Shown: positions 19,330-29,099, counted from the stretch's first letter. The stretch: DNA of 45,946 nucleotides from Eubacteriales bacterium (GCA_045658185.1 JAZOUQ010000072.1:1-45946); one strand, 5' to 3'. Numbers and translations are program-made. The notes: generated from the letters alone by a model not told the origin.

Positions 19330-20577
19330 ATGATTGATGAGATGATCGCAAAGGTTGCCGCTACCGACAAAGAAATTGCGGATGCGATAAAAGCGGAGTT
19401 TGACAGACAGCAAGACGGTCTTGAGCTTATTGCTTCGGAAAACGTAGTTTCTGAAGCCGTTATGTGTGCTATGGGCTCTGTTCTTACCAACAAATACGCC
19501 GAGGGTTATCCCGGAAAAAGATATTACGGCGGTTGCTCCTGCGTTGACGTAGCAGAAACCATCGCTATTGAACGTGCAAAGAAGCTCTTTGGAGCAGCAT
19601 ACGCAAACGTACAGCCCCACAGCGGAGCACAGGCAAATACAGCCGTTTACTTCGCACTTCTTCAGCCCGGTGACACCGTTATGGGAATGAGCCTTGCTCA
19701 CGGCGGACACCTTACTCACGGAAGTCCCGTGAATATTTCGGGTATGTACTACAACTTTATCCCCTATGAGCTTAACCCCGAAACCGAGTACATTGATATG
19801 GAGCAGTATGAAAAGCTGGCTAAGGAGCACAGACCTAAGCTCATCGTAGCTGGTGCGTCCGCATATCCCAGAACCATTGATTTTAAGAAAATGGCAGAGA
19901 TCGCTCACTCCGTAGGTGCGTACTTTATGGTAGATATGGCTCACATAGCAGGTCTTGTTGCCGCAGGTGAGCATCCCTCCCCTGTTCCCTATGCTGACGT
20001 AGTTACCACCACTACGCACAAGACACTTCGCGGTCCTCGCGGCGGTCTTATACTTACCAATGACGAGGAACTGGCAAAGAAGATAAACAAGGCTATATTC
20101 CCCGGTATTCAGGGCGGTCCTCTTATGCACGTTATCGCGGCTATGGCGGTTTGCTTCGGTGAGGCTCTCACCCCCGAATTCAAGGCTTACCAGCACAGAA
20201 TCGTTGAGAACGCAAGCGTTCTCGCAAAGGGACTGCTTGAGGAGGGCTTTGACCTTGTTTCGGGCGGTACGGACAACCACCTTATGCTGGTTGACCTTCG
20301 TCCTATGGGTATTACGGGTAAGGAATTCGAGGCAAGACTGGATGCGGTTCACATCACCGTAAACAAGAACGCTATCCCCAACGACCCCGAAAAGCCTTTC
20401 GTCACATCAGGCGTTCGCGTTGGTACTCCCGCAGTCACATCCCGCGGTCTTGTGGCTGAGGATATGAAGACCATCGCAAAACTCTTCGGTAAGGTTGCAA
20501 AGGATTTCGAGGGTACCGCCGACGAGGTAAGAGCCACCGTGGCAGAGCTTTGCAAAAAGTATCCCCTTTACAGATAA
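19330..20577 (+). CDS. glyA: Serine hydroxymethyltransferase
   Basis: [52 protein letters not shown]. Confidence 0.98.
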   Translation: MIDEMIAKVAATDKEIADAIKAEFDRQQDGLELIASENVVSEAVMCAMGSVLTNKYAEGYPGKRYYGGCSCVDVAETIAIERAKKLFGAAYANVQPHSGAQANTAVYFALLQPGDTVMGMSLAHGGHLTHGSPVNISGMYYNFIPYELNPETEYIDMEQYEKLAKEHRPKLIVAGASAYPRTIDFKKMAEIAHSVGAYFMVDMAHIAGLVAAGEHPSPVPYADVVTTTTHKTLRGPRGGLILTNDEELAKKINKAIFPGIQGGPLMHVIAAMAVCFGEALTPEFKAYQHRIVENASVLAKGLLEEGFDLVSGGTDNHLMLVDLRPMGITGKEFEARLDAVHITVNKNAIPNDPEKPFVTSGVRVGTPAVTSRGLVAEDMKTIAKLFGKVAKDFEGTADEVRATVAELCKKYPLYR

Positions 20578-20590
20578 TCAAAAAGAGTTG

Positions 20591-20621
20591 CGGCTGGGTC
20601 AAAAATGACCCAGCCGTTTTT
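20591..20621 (+). terminator. Terminator, GGCTGAGTC family copy 5
   Basis: CGGCTGGGTCA-AAAA-TGACCCAGCCG-TTTTT. Confidence 0.85.
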
Positions 20622-20700
20622 ATGTATTCGGAATTATGACAAACAACCGCGTATTTTTCCATATTTATGGATATTTTTCCACTTTTTTCCAAAAAACCTA

Positions 20701-20729
20701 TTGACATTTCATTTTTCTTGTTGTATAAT
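20701..20729 (+). promoter_or_regulatory. sigma-A promoter of the abrB-like gene
   Basis: TTGACA-17-TATAAT perfect consensus. Confidence 0.8.
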
Positions 20730-20770
20730 TATATTGTAATATAAAACGACAAAAACAAGGAGGAATTTTT

Positions 20771-21016
20771 ATGAAATCTACAGGTGTTGTACGCAAGGTT
20801 GACGAGTTGGGAAGAATAGTGCTTCCGGCGGAAATAAGAAAGATACTCGACATAAATCCCAAGGATGCGGTTGAGTTCTTTATGGACGACGACAGAATAG
20901 TTATACAAAAATATCAGCCGTCCTGCATTTTCTGTAACAACAGTGATGACTTGGTTTATTTCAACGGTAAGCGTGTTTGCAAAAGCTGTGTAAACACTCT
21001 TAAGGACCAGCTTTGA
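20771..21016 (+). CDS. abrB: AbrB/SpoVT family transition-state regulator
   Basis: MKSTGVVRKVDELGRIVLPAEIR...CIFC...CKSC, the typical clostridial AbrB. Confidence 0.9.
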   Translation: MKSTGVVRKVDELGRIVLPAEIRKILDINPKDAVEFFMDDDRIVIQKYQPSCIFCNNSDDLVYFNGKRVCKSCVNTLKDQL

Positions 21017-21025
21017 TACAATTGG

Positions 21026-21070
21026 ACAAAACAAGAAGAGCGACCTTGGGGTACCTGCGATAAAGCAGGT
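21026..21070 (+). repeat. Conserved ~45-nt structured motif, copy A
   Basis: ACAAAACAAGAAGAGCGACC-TTGG-GGTACCTGCGATAAAGCAGGT; an inverted second copy lies at 22667-22713. Confidence 0.8.
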
Positions 21071-21071
21071 G

Positions 21072-21115
21072 GAGCGGTATAACTGTAAAAACACGGTTAT
21101 ACCGTTCTGCTTTTT
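21072..21115 (+). terminator. Terminator after abrB and motif copy A
   Basis: GAGCGGTATAACTGT-AAAA-ACACGGTTATACCGTTC-TGCTTTTT. Confidence 0.7.
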
Positions 21116-21238
21116 GTTAAATCCAACTCAAGGTTGAGTTTTATTTGTTCGAAATATCTTTTTGATATGTTGGAAGCTGTAAAAAAATATGATATAATAA
21201 TTACAGCGATCGCGAAAAACTTTTAAGGAGATACTTTT

Positions 21239-22321
21239 ATGAATATTGGTACGAACATATATACCCTCCGCAAGGAAAAGAAAACCACACAGATGCAACT
21301 TGCAGAAAAAATCGGGGTATCCGAACAGGCTATTTCCAAATGGGAGAATAATCAATGCGCTCCCGATGTAAGCCTTTTTCCGATAATTGCAGACTATTTC
21401 GGAGTTTCTATTGATCGTCTGTTTGGATATCACATGAATAGTTACGCCAATGAAGTAAAATCAATTATAAAAGCTGCAGATGAAAGTATGGATACCTATA
21501 AGGAAATAGAAATTATTGGCGAAGGCTTAAAAAAATTTCCCAACAGTCCCGATTTGAAGATCTACCTTGCTTTCTCCCTGTCAATGGTCAACCGCATGTC
21601 AAACGATGAGAACGAGAAAAAAGAGGCTATCCAAAAGGCCATTCAGCTTTGCACCGAGGTTGTTGACACTTGTGGAGAGAACAAGCAGATTGATAGAGCA
21701 CTAAATATGATCGCGCGCATATACGGTGAAATCGGTGAATATCAAAAAGCATTCGATGTCACTGAAAAATTAAGCGGAGAAAGTTATTTTTTTAGAATTG
21801 TCGGTATTGCTCGCACTTTGGGATATTCAAAAAATGACAAAGAGTTAATGAGCTTTGTTGAGAAAAATCTTTTTGATTGTTGGTTGGCGATGGATCTTAA
21901 TCTTCAAGTATTAACGTCGAGACTGAGTGAACTGGGAAGGTTTGACGAAGTTATTTCATTCTGTAAAGCACATTTAAATTTGCTGTCTGTTTTCGATAAC
22001 GGTTGTTCTGATTTTTATGCAACTCATAAATTTTTTGCAACACATATGCTTGCACACGCATATAGAAAAATCCAAAATCGTGAGTTATGTCTTGAAACGT
22101 TATATGAGCTCAGCAAGTTGGTTTCACAGGTTAAAAGTGTTGAAAAGTGTAACAGCTTTTGTGTTTCTGATCGAAATCCAATGTATTTTTCAAATCTTAA
22201 CGATGACAGTCAAGAAGAATATATATCTGCATTTAGTATAGGAAATATGTTATCGGCATTTGATAAATTTTTTGGAGATGACGAGTCATATCTCCGGTTT
22301 AAAAATTCTATAACTCAATGA
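21239..22321 (+). CDS. XRE-family HTH regulator with TPR-like helical C-terminus
   Basis: N-terminal IGTNIYTLRKEKKTTQMQLAEKIGVSEQAISKWENNQCAPD; GLKKFPNS and TPR-like helices; visibly AT-richer than neighbouring housekeeping genes; TTGGAA-17-TATAAT promoter. Confidence 0.85.
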   Translation: MNIGTNIYTLRKEKKTTQMQLAEKIGVSEQAISKWENNQCAPDVSLFPIIADYFGVSIDRLFGYHMNSYANEVKSIIKAADESMDTYKEIEIIGEGLKKFPNSPDLKIYLAFSLSMVNRMSNDENEKKEAIQKAIQLCTEVVDTCGENKQIDRALNMIARIYGEIGEYQKAFDVTEKLSGESYFFRIVGIARTLGYSKNDKELMSFVEKNLFDCWLAMDLNLQVLTSRLSELGRFDEVISFCKAHLNLLSVFDNGCSDFYATHKFFATHMLAHAYRKIQNRELCLETLYELSKLVSQVKSVEKCNSFCVSDRNPMYFSNLNDDSQEEYISAFSIGNMLSAFDKFFGDDESYLRFKNSITQ

Positions 22322-22411
22322 TCTTCCCACTTGACATGGGGCTTCACTTTTGTGTCCTCAAAAGCAGTGCTTGTCAGGAAAAGCAGATGGACTTTCGGGG
22401 CAAACAAAACA

Positions 22412-22548
22412 AAGGCTCCCTCCGGGAGGGAGCTCCCGACGAAGTCGGGTGAGGGAGAGCGCGTTACAATAAAATTTATGCAAACCTAAAGTCGCGCGGG
22501 CTCCTTCCGTCACGCTTCGCGTGCCACCCTCCTCCCGGAGGAAGGCTT
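22412..22548. repeat. REP/REPIN-like GC-rich palindromic element (two inverted units)
   Basis: GGCTCCCTCCGGGAGGGAGC + CCCGAC-GAA-GTCGGG + TGAGGGAGAG ... CTCCTTCCGT + CACGC-TTC-GCGTG + CCACCCTCCTCCCGGAGGAAGGC around an AT-rich spacer. Confidence 0.7.
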
Positions 22549-22613
22549 ATCTGCCGCCCGACAGTACACCTAAAAGGTGTAACACACTATACCTTGCGGG
22601 GCAAGGTGTGTGA

Positions 22614-22645
22614 AAAGGAGTACGAACTAAAAAGTCCGTACTCCT
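22614..22645 (-). terminator. Terminator after cotH-like gene and motif copy B
   Basis: Minus strand AGGAGTACGGACT-TTTT-AGTTCGTACTCCT-TTT. Confidence 0.7.
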
Positions 22646-22666
22646 GTTGTTTTTTCGTCAGGTAAA

Positions 22667-22713
22667 ACCTGCTTTATGGTAGGTGTACCTTACGGTCGCT
22701 CTTCTTGTTTTGT
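22667..22713 (-). repeat. Conserved ~45-nt structured motif, copy B
   Basis: Minus strand ACAAAACAAGAAGAGCGACC-GTAA-GGTACACCTACCATAAAGCAGGT; shares a 20-nt and an 11-nt exact block with copy A. Confidence 0.8.
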
Positions 22714-22765
22714 TAAGCTTTTATCTAAAAGTTTCCACAAGGGAAACTTTATCCCCAATCTTGTC

Positions 22766-24415
22766 TTATTTCACAAAATCAGGATCGGAGAATTGTTCAT
22801 TAAGCCATGTGATACGTTTGATAAGCCACTGATACCCTTTCGCCGCCTCTGTGATACGGTCAGACACCTCCGCGGGGAGGTCACTGCCACGGTTCCACAT
22901 ATCCGCATCAACACGGAAATCGCTCTCATAGTTTCTCGTAATTTGAAGCATCATATCCAGTGCCGAGTCAAATCCGTTTGTGCCACCGTAAACTTCTTTC
23001 CAGACCTCTGCGATGCGTTCGCGGATAAAATCGTGGTTGAGGAGCATAACGTACCACACGTTGCGACGCACGGCAAAGTATTCCTCGGTGTTGGCATATG
23101 TATAGTATTTCCAGCGATAGAAGGCGTGGTCAAAATCCCACGGACAGGCAAAAGTGAAAAGTCCCGTCCCTCCCTTGGAAAAATCCACATATGTATAGTA
23201 GCTCTTCTGTCTGTCGTCCCAGTTGCAGGTCAGCTCGCTGTGGATATATTTACGTGCCAAAGAATCAACGTCGATCAAAGCACGAATAGCCTCCTCGGCG
23301 GTCTTTGCATCAGACGGGACAAGATCTCCGTTTTTATCAATCGCCATATAGCGTCCCTCATACGTCGCCATATAGATCGCATCGAACACGTTTTTAAAAT
23401 ACTTTCTTGCAAACGCCTCCTGTGTAGGCGTGGTATCGTCATTTTTCAGTTCATAATGAAATTCCTTAACGTGAGGAACGTATTCCTCTCCCAAAAAATT
23501 GGTATATTTGTAGGATTGAACGTTGATGGTCAAAAACGGATCCTCTGAACCGTTCTCCTGCTCAAAGAGATAACCCGAACGAGTATTCTTGGTGTCCGCT
23601 CCCGCTTCCTCAATATCTACGCGATGCTCGTTGATCTGGCTCTGCTCGGCAAGTAAATATACGCCTTGATAAACACCGTCGAGATATACGTTAACGTATC
23701 GCCAGTCCGAGGTGTATTCGGTGAGTATCACCGATGCAAGACTAAGCGAGGTGGAGTTATGGAGCATGGAAGCATCAAACCACTCGGCAAGCAACACCCA
23801 ACTCTTGCACTTCGCACCTTCGTTCATTCCAAGCATATTACGCTTAGAATCAAACTTAATGCGATATGGCTTCTTGGGTTTTGTCATGGTGGAATTTCCG
23901 CGAAGTCGAATACCCGCCGTTGCGTTTTTAAAGCAATAATCTTCATTTGAGGTGCTCAAGGATACACTGCAGTCCACATACTCTTCTTTGGAAGTTATGG
24001 CTGCCCCTCCCACGTCAAGATTCAAAATGGGGAGAGTTTTGGGCAAGACCCGAACAACACAGGTGCTGTTTCCTCCGCCCGACACAACTGAATAACCTTC
24101 ATTTTTTGCATAAACTCTTCCATTCTCAACAGTTACGCAATCGTGCGAGGAACTCCAACTGACAGTTCCTTTGGCATCCTCGGGAGTATAAACGCTGAAA
24201 TTTAGCAGACGCGTTTCACCTTCAAACATATAAAAAACGCCGTCCTTGATCTCTGCAACAGGACACGGATGATCCCCTTCTTGCACAGGCAACTGCTCGG
24301 TGGTAGACTCAGGCGTAGATGTTGTTTCGATTGGATCATTTGTAAGCTGACGGTTACAAGCAACAAGCGGTATAAGCATCAAAATACATAAAAGCAAACA
24401 TAATATCCGTTTCAT
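22766..24415 (-). CDS. CotH kinase family lipoprotein with Ig-like (Big_2) domain
   Basis: Lipobox LVAC; VSWSSS..VTVENGRVYA Ig-like segment; IRLRGNST..PKKPYRIKF, WVLLAEW, YQGVYLLAEQ and PWDFD CotH motifs. Confidence 0.85.
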   Translation of the reverse strand: MKRILCLLLCILMLIPLVACNRQLTNDPIETTSTPESTTEQLPVQEGDHPCPVAEIKDGVFYMFEGETRLLNFSVYTPEDAKGTVSWSSSHDCVTVENGRVYAKNEGYSVVSGGGNSTCVVRVLPKTLPILNLDVGGAAITSKEEYVDCSVSLSTSNEDYCFKNATAGIRLRGNSTMTKPKKPYRIKFDSKRNMLGMNEGAKCKSWVLLAEWFDASMLHNSTSLSLASVILTEYTSDWRYVNVYLDGVYQGVYLLAEQSQINEHRVDIEEAGADTKNTRSGYLFEQENGSEDPFLTINVQSYKYTNFLGEEYVPHVKEFHYELKNDDTTPTQEAFARKYFKNVFDAIYMATYEGRYMAIDKNGDLVPSDAKTAEEAIRALIDVDSLARKYIHSELTCNWDDRQKSYYTYVDFSKGGTGLFTFACPWDFDHAFYRWKYYTYANTEEYFAVRRNVWYVMLLNHDFIRERIAEVWKEVYGGTNGFDSALDMMLQITRNYESDFRVDADMWNRGSDLPAEVSDRITEAAKGYQWLIKRITWLNEQFSDPDFVK

Positions 24416-24529
24416 ATAACATCTCCTTTTTGTGTTTCTATTCTCATTATACAATATAGCGGTGTACTTTGTCAACATCATTTTTAACCGTATAATTCCA
24501 ATAAAATCCCACAGTGGTGGTATTCAAGC

Positions 24530-24575
24530 AAAAAACAACGGCAATCAGCTACAAGCGGATTGCCGTTGTTTTTAT
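24530..24575 (-). terminator. Terminator after the capD-like gene
   Basis: AAAAACAACGGCAATC...GATTGCCGTTGTTTTT. Confidence 0.75.
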
Positions 24576-24576
24576 T

Positions 24577-26574
24577 TTAAACAGATGCAGTCATCATTTC
24601 CTTTGACTTGTCCGCATCGGCGTTTATCTCTTCGGGTGTACGGAAGGTCGGTACTACCTTATGAAGAGCTTCCTTGACTATAATGTCATCTCCGGTTTCC
24701 ACCGCACGGCGAAGGCACTCCAGTCTTTCCTCAAGCTCCTCCATCGCAAGAGCCGCATCCGTTTCTGTGAAGATAAGCTCGTTAGCAGTTTTACCAAGAT
24801 TTTCTCCCCTTACAAGCAATTCCTCGTAAAGCTTTTCGCCCGGACGTAAGCCCATCTCGACTATATCAATGTCCTTGTATGGCTCAAATCCTGACATTCT
24901 TATCATATTTTCCGCAAGATCAAGTATTTTGATAGGCTTGCCCATATCAAGCACGAACAGCTCTCCGTTTTTCGCCATCGCACCCGACTGAAGCACAAGC
25001 TGACTTGCCTCGGGAATGGTCATAAAATAACGGATTATTCGTTTATCCGTAAGCGTGATCGGACCGCCTGTTGCTATTTGACGTCGGAACAAAGGTATAA
25101 CGCTTCCCGCACTTCCGAGAACGTTGCCAAATCTTGTTGCACTGTATACCGTTTCCGATCCCTTCGTTGCGTAGCTTTGTACGATCATCTCGCACATTCT
25201 CTTCGTCGCACCCATAACATTCGTGGGGTTAACAGCCTTGTCCGTCGACACCATAATGAAACGCTCAACTCCGTATTTTTCGGATACTTCAACGGTATTA
25301 AGCGTGCCGAACACATTGTTTTCAACTGCCTCGCAGCAATTATGCTCCATAAGAGGAACGTGCTTATGTGCCGCCGCATTGAGAACTATATTCGGTCTAT
25401 ATGTATTAAATACTTTGTCAAGTGCCTTTCTATTACAAACAGAAAGTATCTCAACACGTATATCAAGCTTGTTTCCATATGCTATTTTCAGCTCCTGCTG
25501 AACGTCGTATGCTCCATTCTCGTATACGTCAAGAATCACCAACTGCTTAGGTGACATAGTTGCGATCTGTCGGCAAAGCTCACTTCCGATAGATCCGCCG
25601 CCACCCGTTATAAGTATAACCTTGTCCTTGTAATATGCGGCAGGTTGAGCATCGGATATAGTTACAGGCTTTCTGAACAAAAGCTCCTCTATGTCAAATT
25701 CACGAAGAGAACGCTTTGTTCCCGCCGAGTGCATAATGGGGTAATCGTATACCTTTACCTTAAAGCCTGCCTGCTTGTAGTAATCAAACAGTCTTTTCTT
25801 TTTCTCCGTACTCAATTCGGGAATGGCAAATACTACCTCCTGTATTTCGTATTCGGAGAGTGTTCCAAGCGTGGCTTTTTCTTCCGAAATTACGGGAATA
25901 CCGTGTATTTGTCTTCCTATTTTTTCTGCTTTTATATCGATAAAGCATCGGGGGGTATACGCTGATGCCGCATTGTTGAACAGATCCTCGGCAAGTGCAA
26001 CGCCAACGCGTCCCGCTCCTACAATAGCTATCTTTATCTTCTGTCTTTCGCTGTCAAGATGTGCGTTATCAACACGGCGTCCCGTAAAGATCAAAACGAT
26101 AAAGCACAACGTCTTTCCAAGTAACGTGGTACGATTGCACTTGTAAGCATATCGGTATGCCATTCTCATAGCGAGTGCCCCGAGAAGATTTACACAGCAT
26201 ATCGCGGTTATACGTGCAAAGCTTACCCTTTCAATCGGCAACAACACGGAAAGTGCAAAACAAATCAAAAATCCAACGCCGTCCGATAAAAGCAATCTTA
26301 TGTAGGACTGTATTCCTCCGTAACGCCATATCAATCCGTATATATTGAATACAAAACGCAACGTGATGATACAAACTATCCAAAGGAGTCCGTGTACTAT
26401 AACACCCTGAAGAGAAAGCCTTTTCTCCCCCGTGTACAATACCAAAAAGATCATCTCGGAGATCAAAAGCCATACAAGATCGTACAAAACCAGCATCCAT
26501 CTGACCTTGAATTTTCGTGGATGCTTTACTTCGCTTGCAGTGGAACAACTTTCGTCATTATAACTGTTTAGCAT
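24577..26574 (-). CDS. CapD/PglF-like membrane-anchored UDP-sugar 4,6-dehydratase (polysaccharide biosynthesis protein)
   Basis: N-terminal TMs, IVGAGRVG, ITGGGGSIGSELCRQI, AAAHKHVPLME, STDKAVNPTNVMGATKR, RFGNVLGSAGSV, GLRPGEKLYEEL. Confidence 0.93.
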   Translation of the reverse strand: MLNSYNDESCSTASEVKHPRKFKVRWMLVLYDLVWLLISEMIFLVLYTGEKRLSLQGVIVHGLLWIVCIITLRFVFNIYGLIWRYGGIQSYIRLLLSDGVGFLICFALSVLLPIERVSFARITAICCVNLLGALAMRMAYRYAYKCNRTTLLGKTLCFIVLIFTGRRVDNAHLDSERQKIKIAIVGAGRVGVALAEDLFNNAASAYTPRCFIDIKAEKIGRQIHGIPVISEEKATLGTLSEYEIQEVVFAIPELSTEKKKRLFDYYKQAGFKVKVYDYPIMHSAGTKRSLREFDIEELLFRKPVTISDAQPAAYYKDKVILITGGGGSIGSELCRQIATMSPKQLVILDVYENGAYDVQQELKIAYGNKLDIRVEILSVCNRKALDKVFNTYRPNIVLNAAAHKHVPLMEHNCCEAVENNVFGTLNTVEVSEKYGVERFIMVSTDKAVNPTNVMGATKRMCEMIVQSYATKGSETVYSATRFGNVLGSAGSVIPLFRRQIATGGPITLTDKRIIRYFMTIPEASQLVLQSGAMAKNGELFVLDMGKPIKILDLAENMIRMSGFEPYKDIDIVEMGLRPGEKLYEELLVRGENLGKTANELIFTETDAALAMEELEERLECLRRAVETGDDIIVKEALHKVVPTFRTPEEINADADKSKEMMTASV

Positions 26575-26679
26575 AAATATTCCTCTCATATATTAAAATT
26601 ACACACTTATACTCATAACATTTTATCACATATTGTGTAATTTGTCAATAGATAAAATATAAAAGTGGTATTTTATTGT

Positions 26680-27726
26680 TCACTTTTTCTTTCGACGAAC
26701 ACGATTGAGGTGTCGCTCAAAATCTCCTTCCCTTATAAATTCGGCAAGAACGTGCTGCTCCATCACGGGAACTGTACAGGAAAACTTGCCCAATTTTTCC
26801 TCGTAAACCTGCAAAAGCTCCTCGGGTAATATCATATATCCCAAGCGAATAGCGGGGGATAGACTTTTGGAAAAGGTATTCATATATATCACCGAACCAC
26901 TTCCGTCTAGAGAATAAAGCGACTCTATCGGCTGTCCCGGAAGAAAAAACTCACTGTCGAAATCGTCCTCTATGATATATCTTCCCTTTTTTATCCAATT
27001 AAGATATTTGTATCTTTTGGAGATCGTAGCGGTAACTCCCGAAGGATAACTGTGAAACGGAGTAACGTGCAATATATCAAACCCGCCATTGTCAAGACAA
27101 CCGTCTTCTATTCCGTCACTTCCCATTTTCAATCTTTTTATCCCTACACCCATTTCCCCATATACCTGAGGTATTCGCTCGTAGCAAGGATCTTCAACAC
27201 CGAATATCTTGTCCCTTCCGAGTATTTTTACCGCAATTTCATAAAGCTGCTCCGCACCCGAGCCTATTATTATTCTGTTGGCATCAACTGCCATTTCTCT
27301 GTATCTCCACAAATAGTCGGCGATGGAATTTCTCAACACTGCACAGCCCTTTGAGGGGGCTTTGACAAAAAGCTTTTTGCCTCCCTCCGCCATAACGCGT
27401 CTTACCGTTTTGAACCATACGGAATACTCAAAATCCCCCCACTCTCCCGACTCATCATCGGGGGCGTATACCACCGACGTATCAGATGAACGTCGCTCAA
27501 TAAGAGATGCCCCCTTAAGAGGTAAAACGAAATATCCGCTTCGCTCTCTTGCCTCCGCGTATCCCTCATCCACTAACATACCGTAAGCCGTCTGAACGGT
27601 TATAATACTGTACCCCGTCATCTCCGACATAACTCTCTTGGACGGCAGCTTTTCTCCTGCTTTATATTCTCCGTTCAATATTTTATTTTTGATCTTGGTA
27701 TACAGACCGTAATATTTTTTCTCCAT
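26680..27726 (-). CDS. MocR/PdxR-type GntR regulator with PLP aminotransferase-like domain
   Basis: GEKLPSKR..S..TVQTAY wHTH, RSGYFV, VTPFHSYPSG, IIEDDFDSEF, YMNTFSKSLSPAIRLGY; divergent from an ECF S component. Confidence 0.9.
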   Translation of the reverse strand: MEKKYYGLYTKIKNKILNGEYKAGEKLPSKRVMSEMTGYSIITVQTAYGMLVDEGYAEARERSGYFVLPLKGASLIERRSSDTSVVYAPDDESGEWGDFEYSVWFKTVRRVMAEGGKKLFVKAPSKGCAVLRNSIADYLWRYREMAVDANRIIIGSGAEQLYEIAVKILGRDKIFGVEDPCYERIPQVYGEMGVGIKRLKMGSDGIEDGCLDNGGFDILHVTPFHSYPSGVTATISKRYKYLNWIKKGRYIIEDDFDSEFFLPGQPIESLYSLDGSGSVIYMNTFSKSLSPAIRLGYMILPEELLQVYEEKLGKFSCTVPVMEQHVLAEFIREGDFERHLNRVRRKKK

Positions 27727-27827
27727 AATCTGGTATTATAAAAAACTCCTTATCTGATTATTTAAATAATATCACAATATCATTATAATATAAAAAAAAC
27801 GTTTTGTAAATATGAAAGGAAAAAAAT

Positions 27828-28373
27828 ATGTCGGATAACAAAATAAAATACAGACACTCGGTACTGAACATATGTTTTTGTGCTGTTTTTGCAGCACTAG
27901 TGTGCGTGTGTACGTTTATCTCCATTCCGTTGCCCTTCGGTTACTTCAATCTTGGTGACTTTATGATACTTCTCTGTGCTTGGACAATGGGACCTCTGTA
28001 CGGTGCCGTTTCCGCTGCGGTCGGTGCGGGACTTGCCGACCTTCTTATGGCTTTTACTCTGTATATACCCGCAACAGTCGTAATAAAAGCACTTATGGCT
28101 GTATGTGCCTATTTTACGCTGAAAGCCTTTAAGCGGTTGCTTTCAGCACCCAAGCTTGATTTCATTCCGAGAATATTATCCGCTGTATGTGCCGAGGCTG
28201 TAATGATCACCGGATATTTCGCCTTTGAATATATCCTTTACGGTGGCGGAGCTGTTGCATCCGTTCCCGGCAACGTGCTTCAGGGTATTTGTGCCGTAAT
28301 CGGTGGAGTGGCGTTGGGACGTTTTTTTGAGAAGCTGATAGGAGAAAGACTCTTATCAAGGAATCACGAATAA
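27828..28373 (+). CDS. ECF transporter S component (probably vitamin B6/HMP type)
   Basis: AVFAALVCVCT..IPLPFGYFNLGD..GAGLADLL...PATVVIK...PGNVLQG; substrate inferred from the divergent PdxR-like gene. Confidence 0.85.
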   Translation: MSDNKIKYRHSVLNICFCAVFAALVCVCTFISIPLPFGYFNLGDFMILLCAWTMGPLYGAVSAAVGAGLADLLMAFTLYIPATVVIKALMAVCAYFTLKAFKRLLSAPKLDFIPRILSAVCAEAVMITGYFAFEYILYGGGAVASVPGNVLQGICAVIGGVALGRFFEKLIGERLLSRNHE

Positions 28374-28458
28374 AATATGAAATGGGATGTCCTGACTTTT
28401 TAGTGTTGCGGACCTCCCTTTTCTTTTTCGAAAAGATGAGCTTTTTTGTCACACGTGA

Positions 28459-28487
28459 TTGACAATCGGTGAATATTTGTGTATAAT
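28459..28487 (+). promoter_or_regulatory. sigma-A promoter of the PRTase-aspS operon
   Basis: TTGACA-17-TATAAT perfect consensus. Confidence 0.8.
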
Positions 28488-28538
28488 ATATAGTTGGAGG
28501 ATTTTTATCCTTAAAAACATTTATAACGGAGTGGAATT

Positions 28539-29099
28539 ATGTCCGCAACTCATTACACTATGACAATCGCGGGACTTAGGAGAGCACTTCCTCTTTGTCC
28601 CATCAGCGACGAGCTTAAAATAGGTGCATTCGTTATTTTCGGTGACCCCGAGCTTACCACCGCCTGTGCTTCGGCTCTTCTTGAAAAAGCCCCCGAATAC
28701 GACTATATGATCTCGGCTGAGGCTAAGGGGATTCCCCTTGTGCATGAAATGGCACGTCTTGCGGGAAATCAAAAATATTTTCTTGCAAGAAAAGCGCCCA
28801 AGCTCTATATGACGGGAGTATTCGAAGCAGACGTTCGATCGATAACCACGGCAAAGGAGCAGAAGCTGTATCTTGATACTGCGGATGCAGAGCTTATGAA
28901 GGGCAAAAAGATACTTATAATCGACGACGTTATATCCACGGGCGAGTCCCTTTCCGCTATTGAGAAACTCGTTGAGCTTGCAGGCGGTATAGTCTGCGGA
29001 AAGATGACCATTCTCGCAGAGGGTGATGCACAAAACAGAAAAGACATAATTTATCTCGAAAAGCTTCCGCTCTTTAACAAAGACGGACAACCAATATAA
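28539..29099 (+). CDS. Adenine phosphoribosyltransferase-like type I PRTase
   Basis: AEAKGIPL, ARK, PRPP-binding ILIIDDVISTGES. Confidence 0.85.
   Translation: MSATHYTMTIAGLRRALPLCPISDELKIGAFVIFGDPELTTACASALLEKAPEYDYMISAEAKGIPLVHEMARLAGNQKYFLARKAPKLYMTGVFEADVRSITTAKEQKLYLDTADAELMKGKKILIIDDVISTGESLSAIEKLVELAGGIVCGKMTILAEGDAQNRKDIIYLEKLPLFNKDGQPI

Noticed and set aside
22650-22750. CTGACGA and GAAAC on the minus strand suggesting a hammerhead ribozyme
   Set aside because: No stem II follows CTGACGA, and the core elements cannot be assembled into the three-stem junction.
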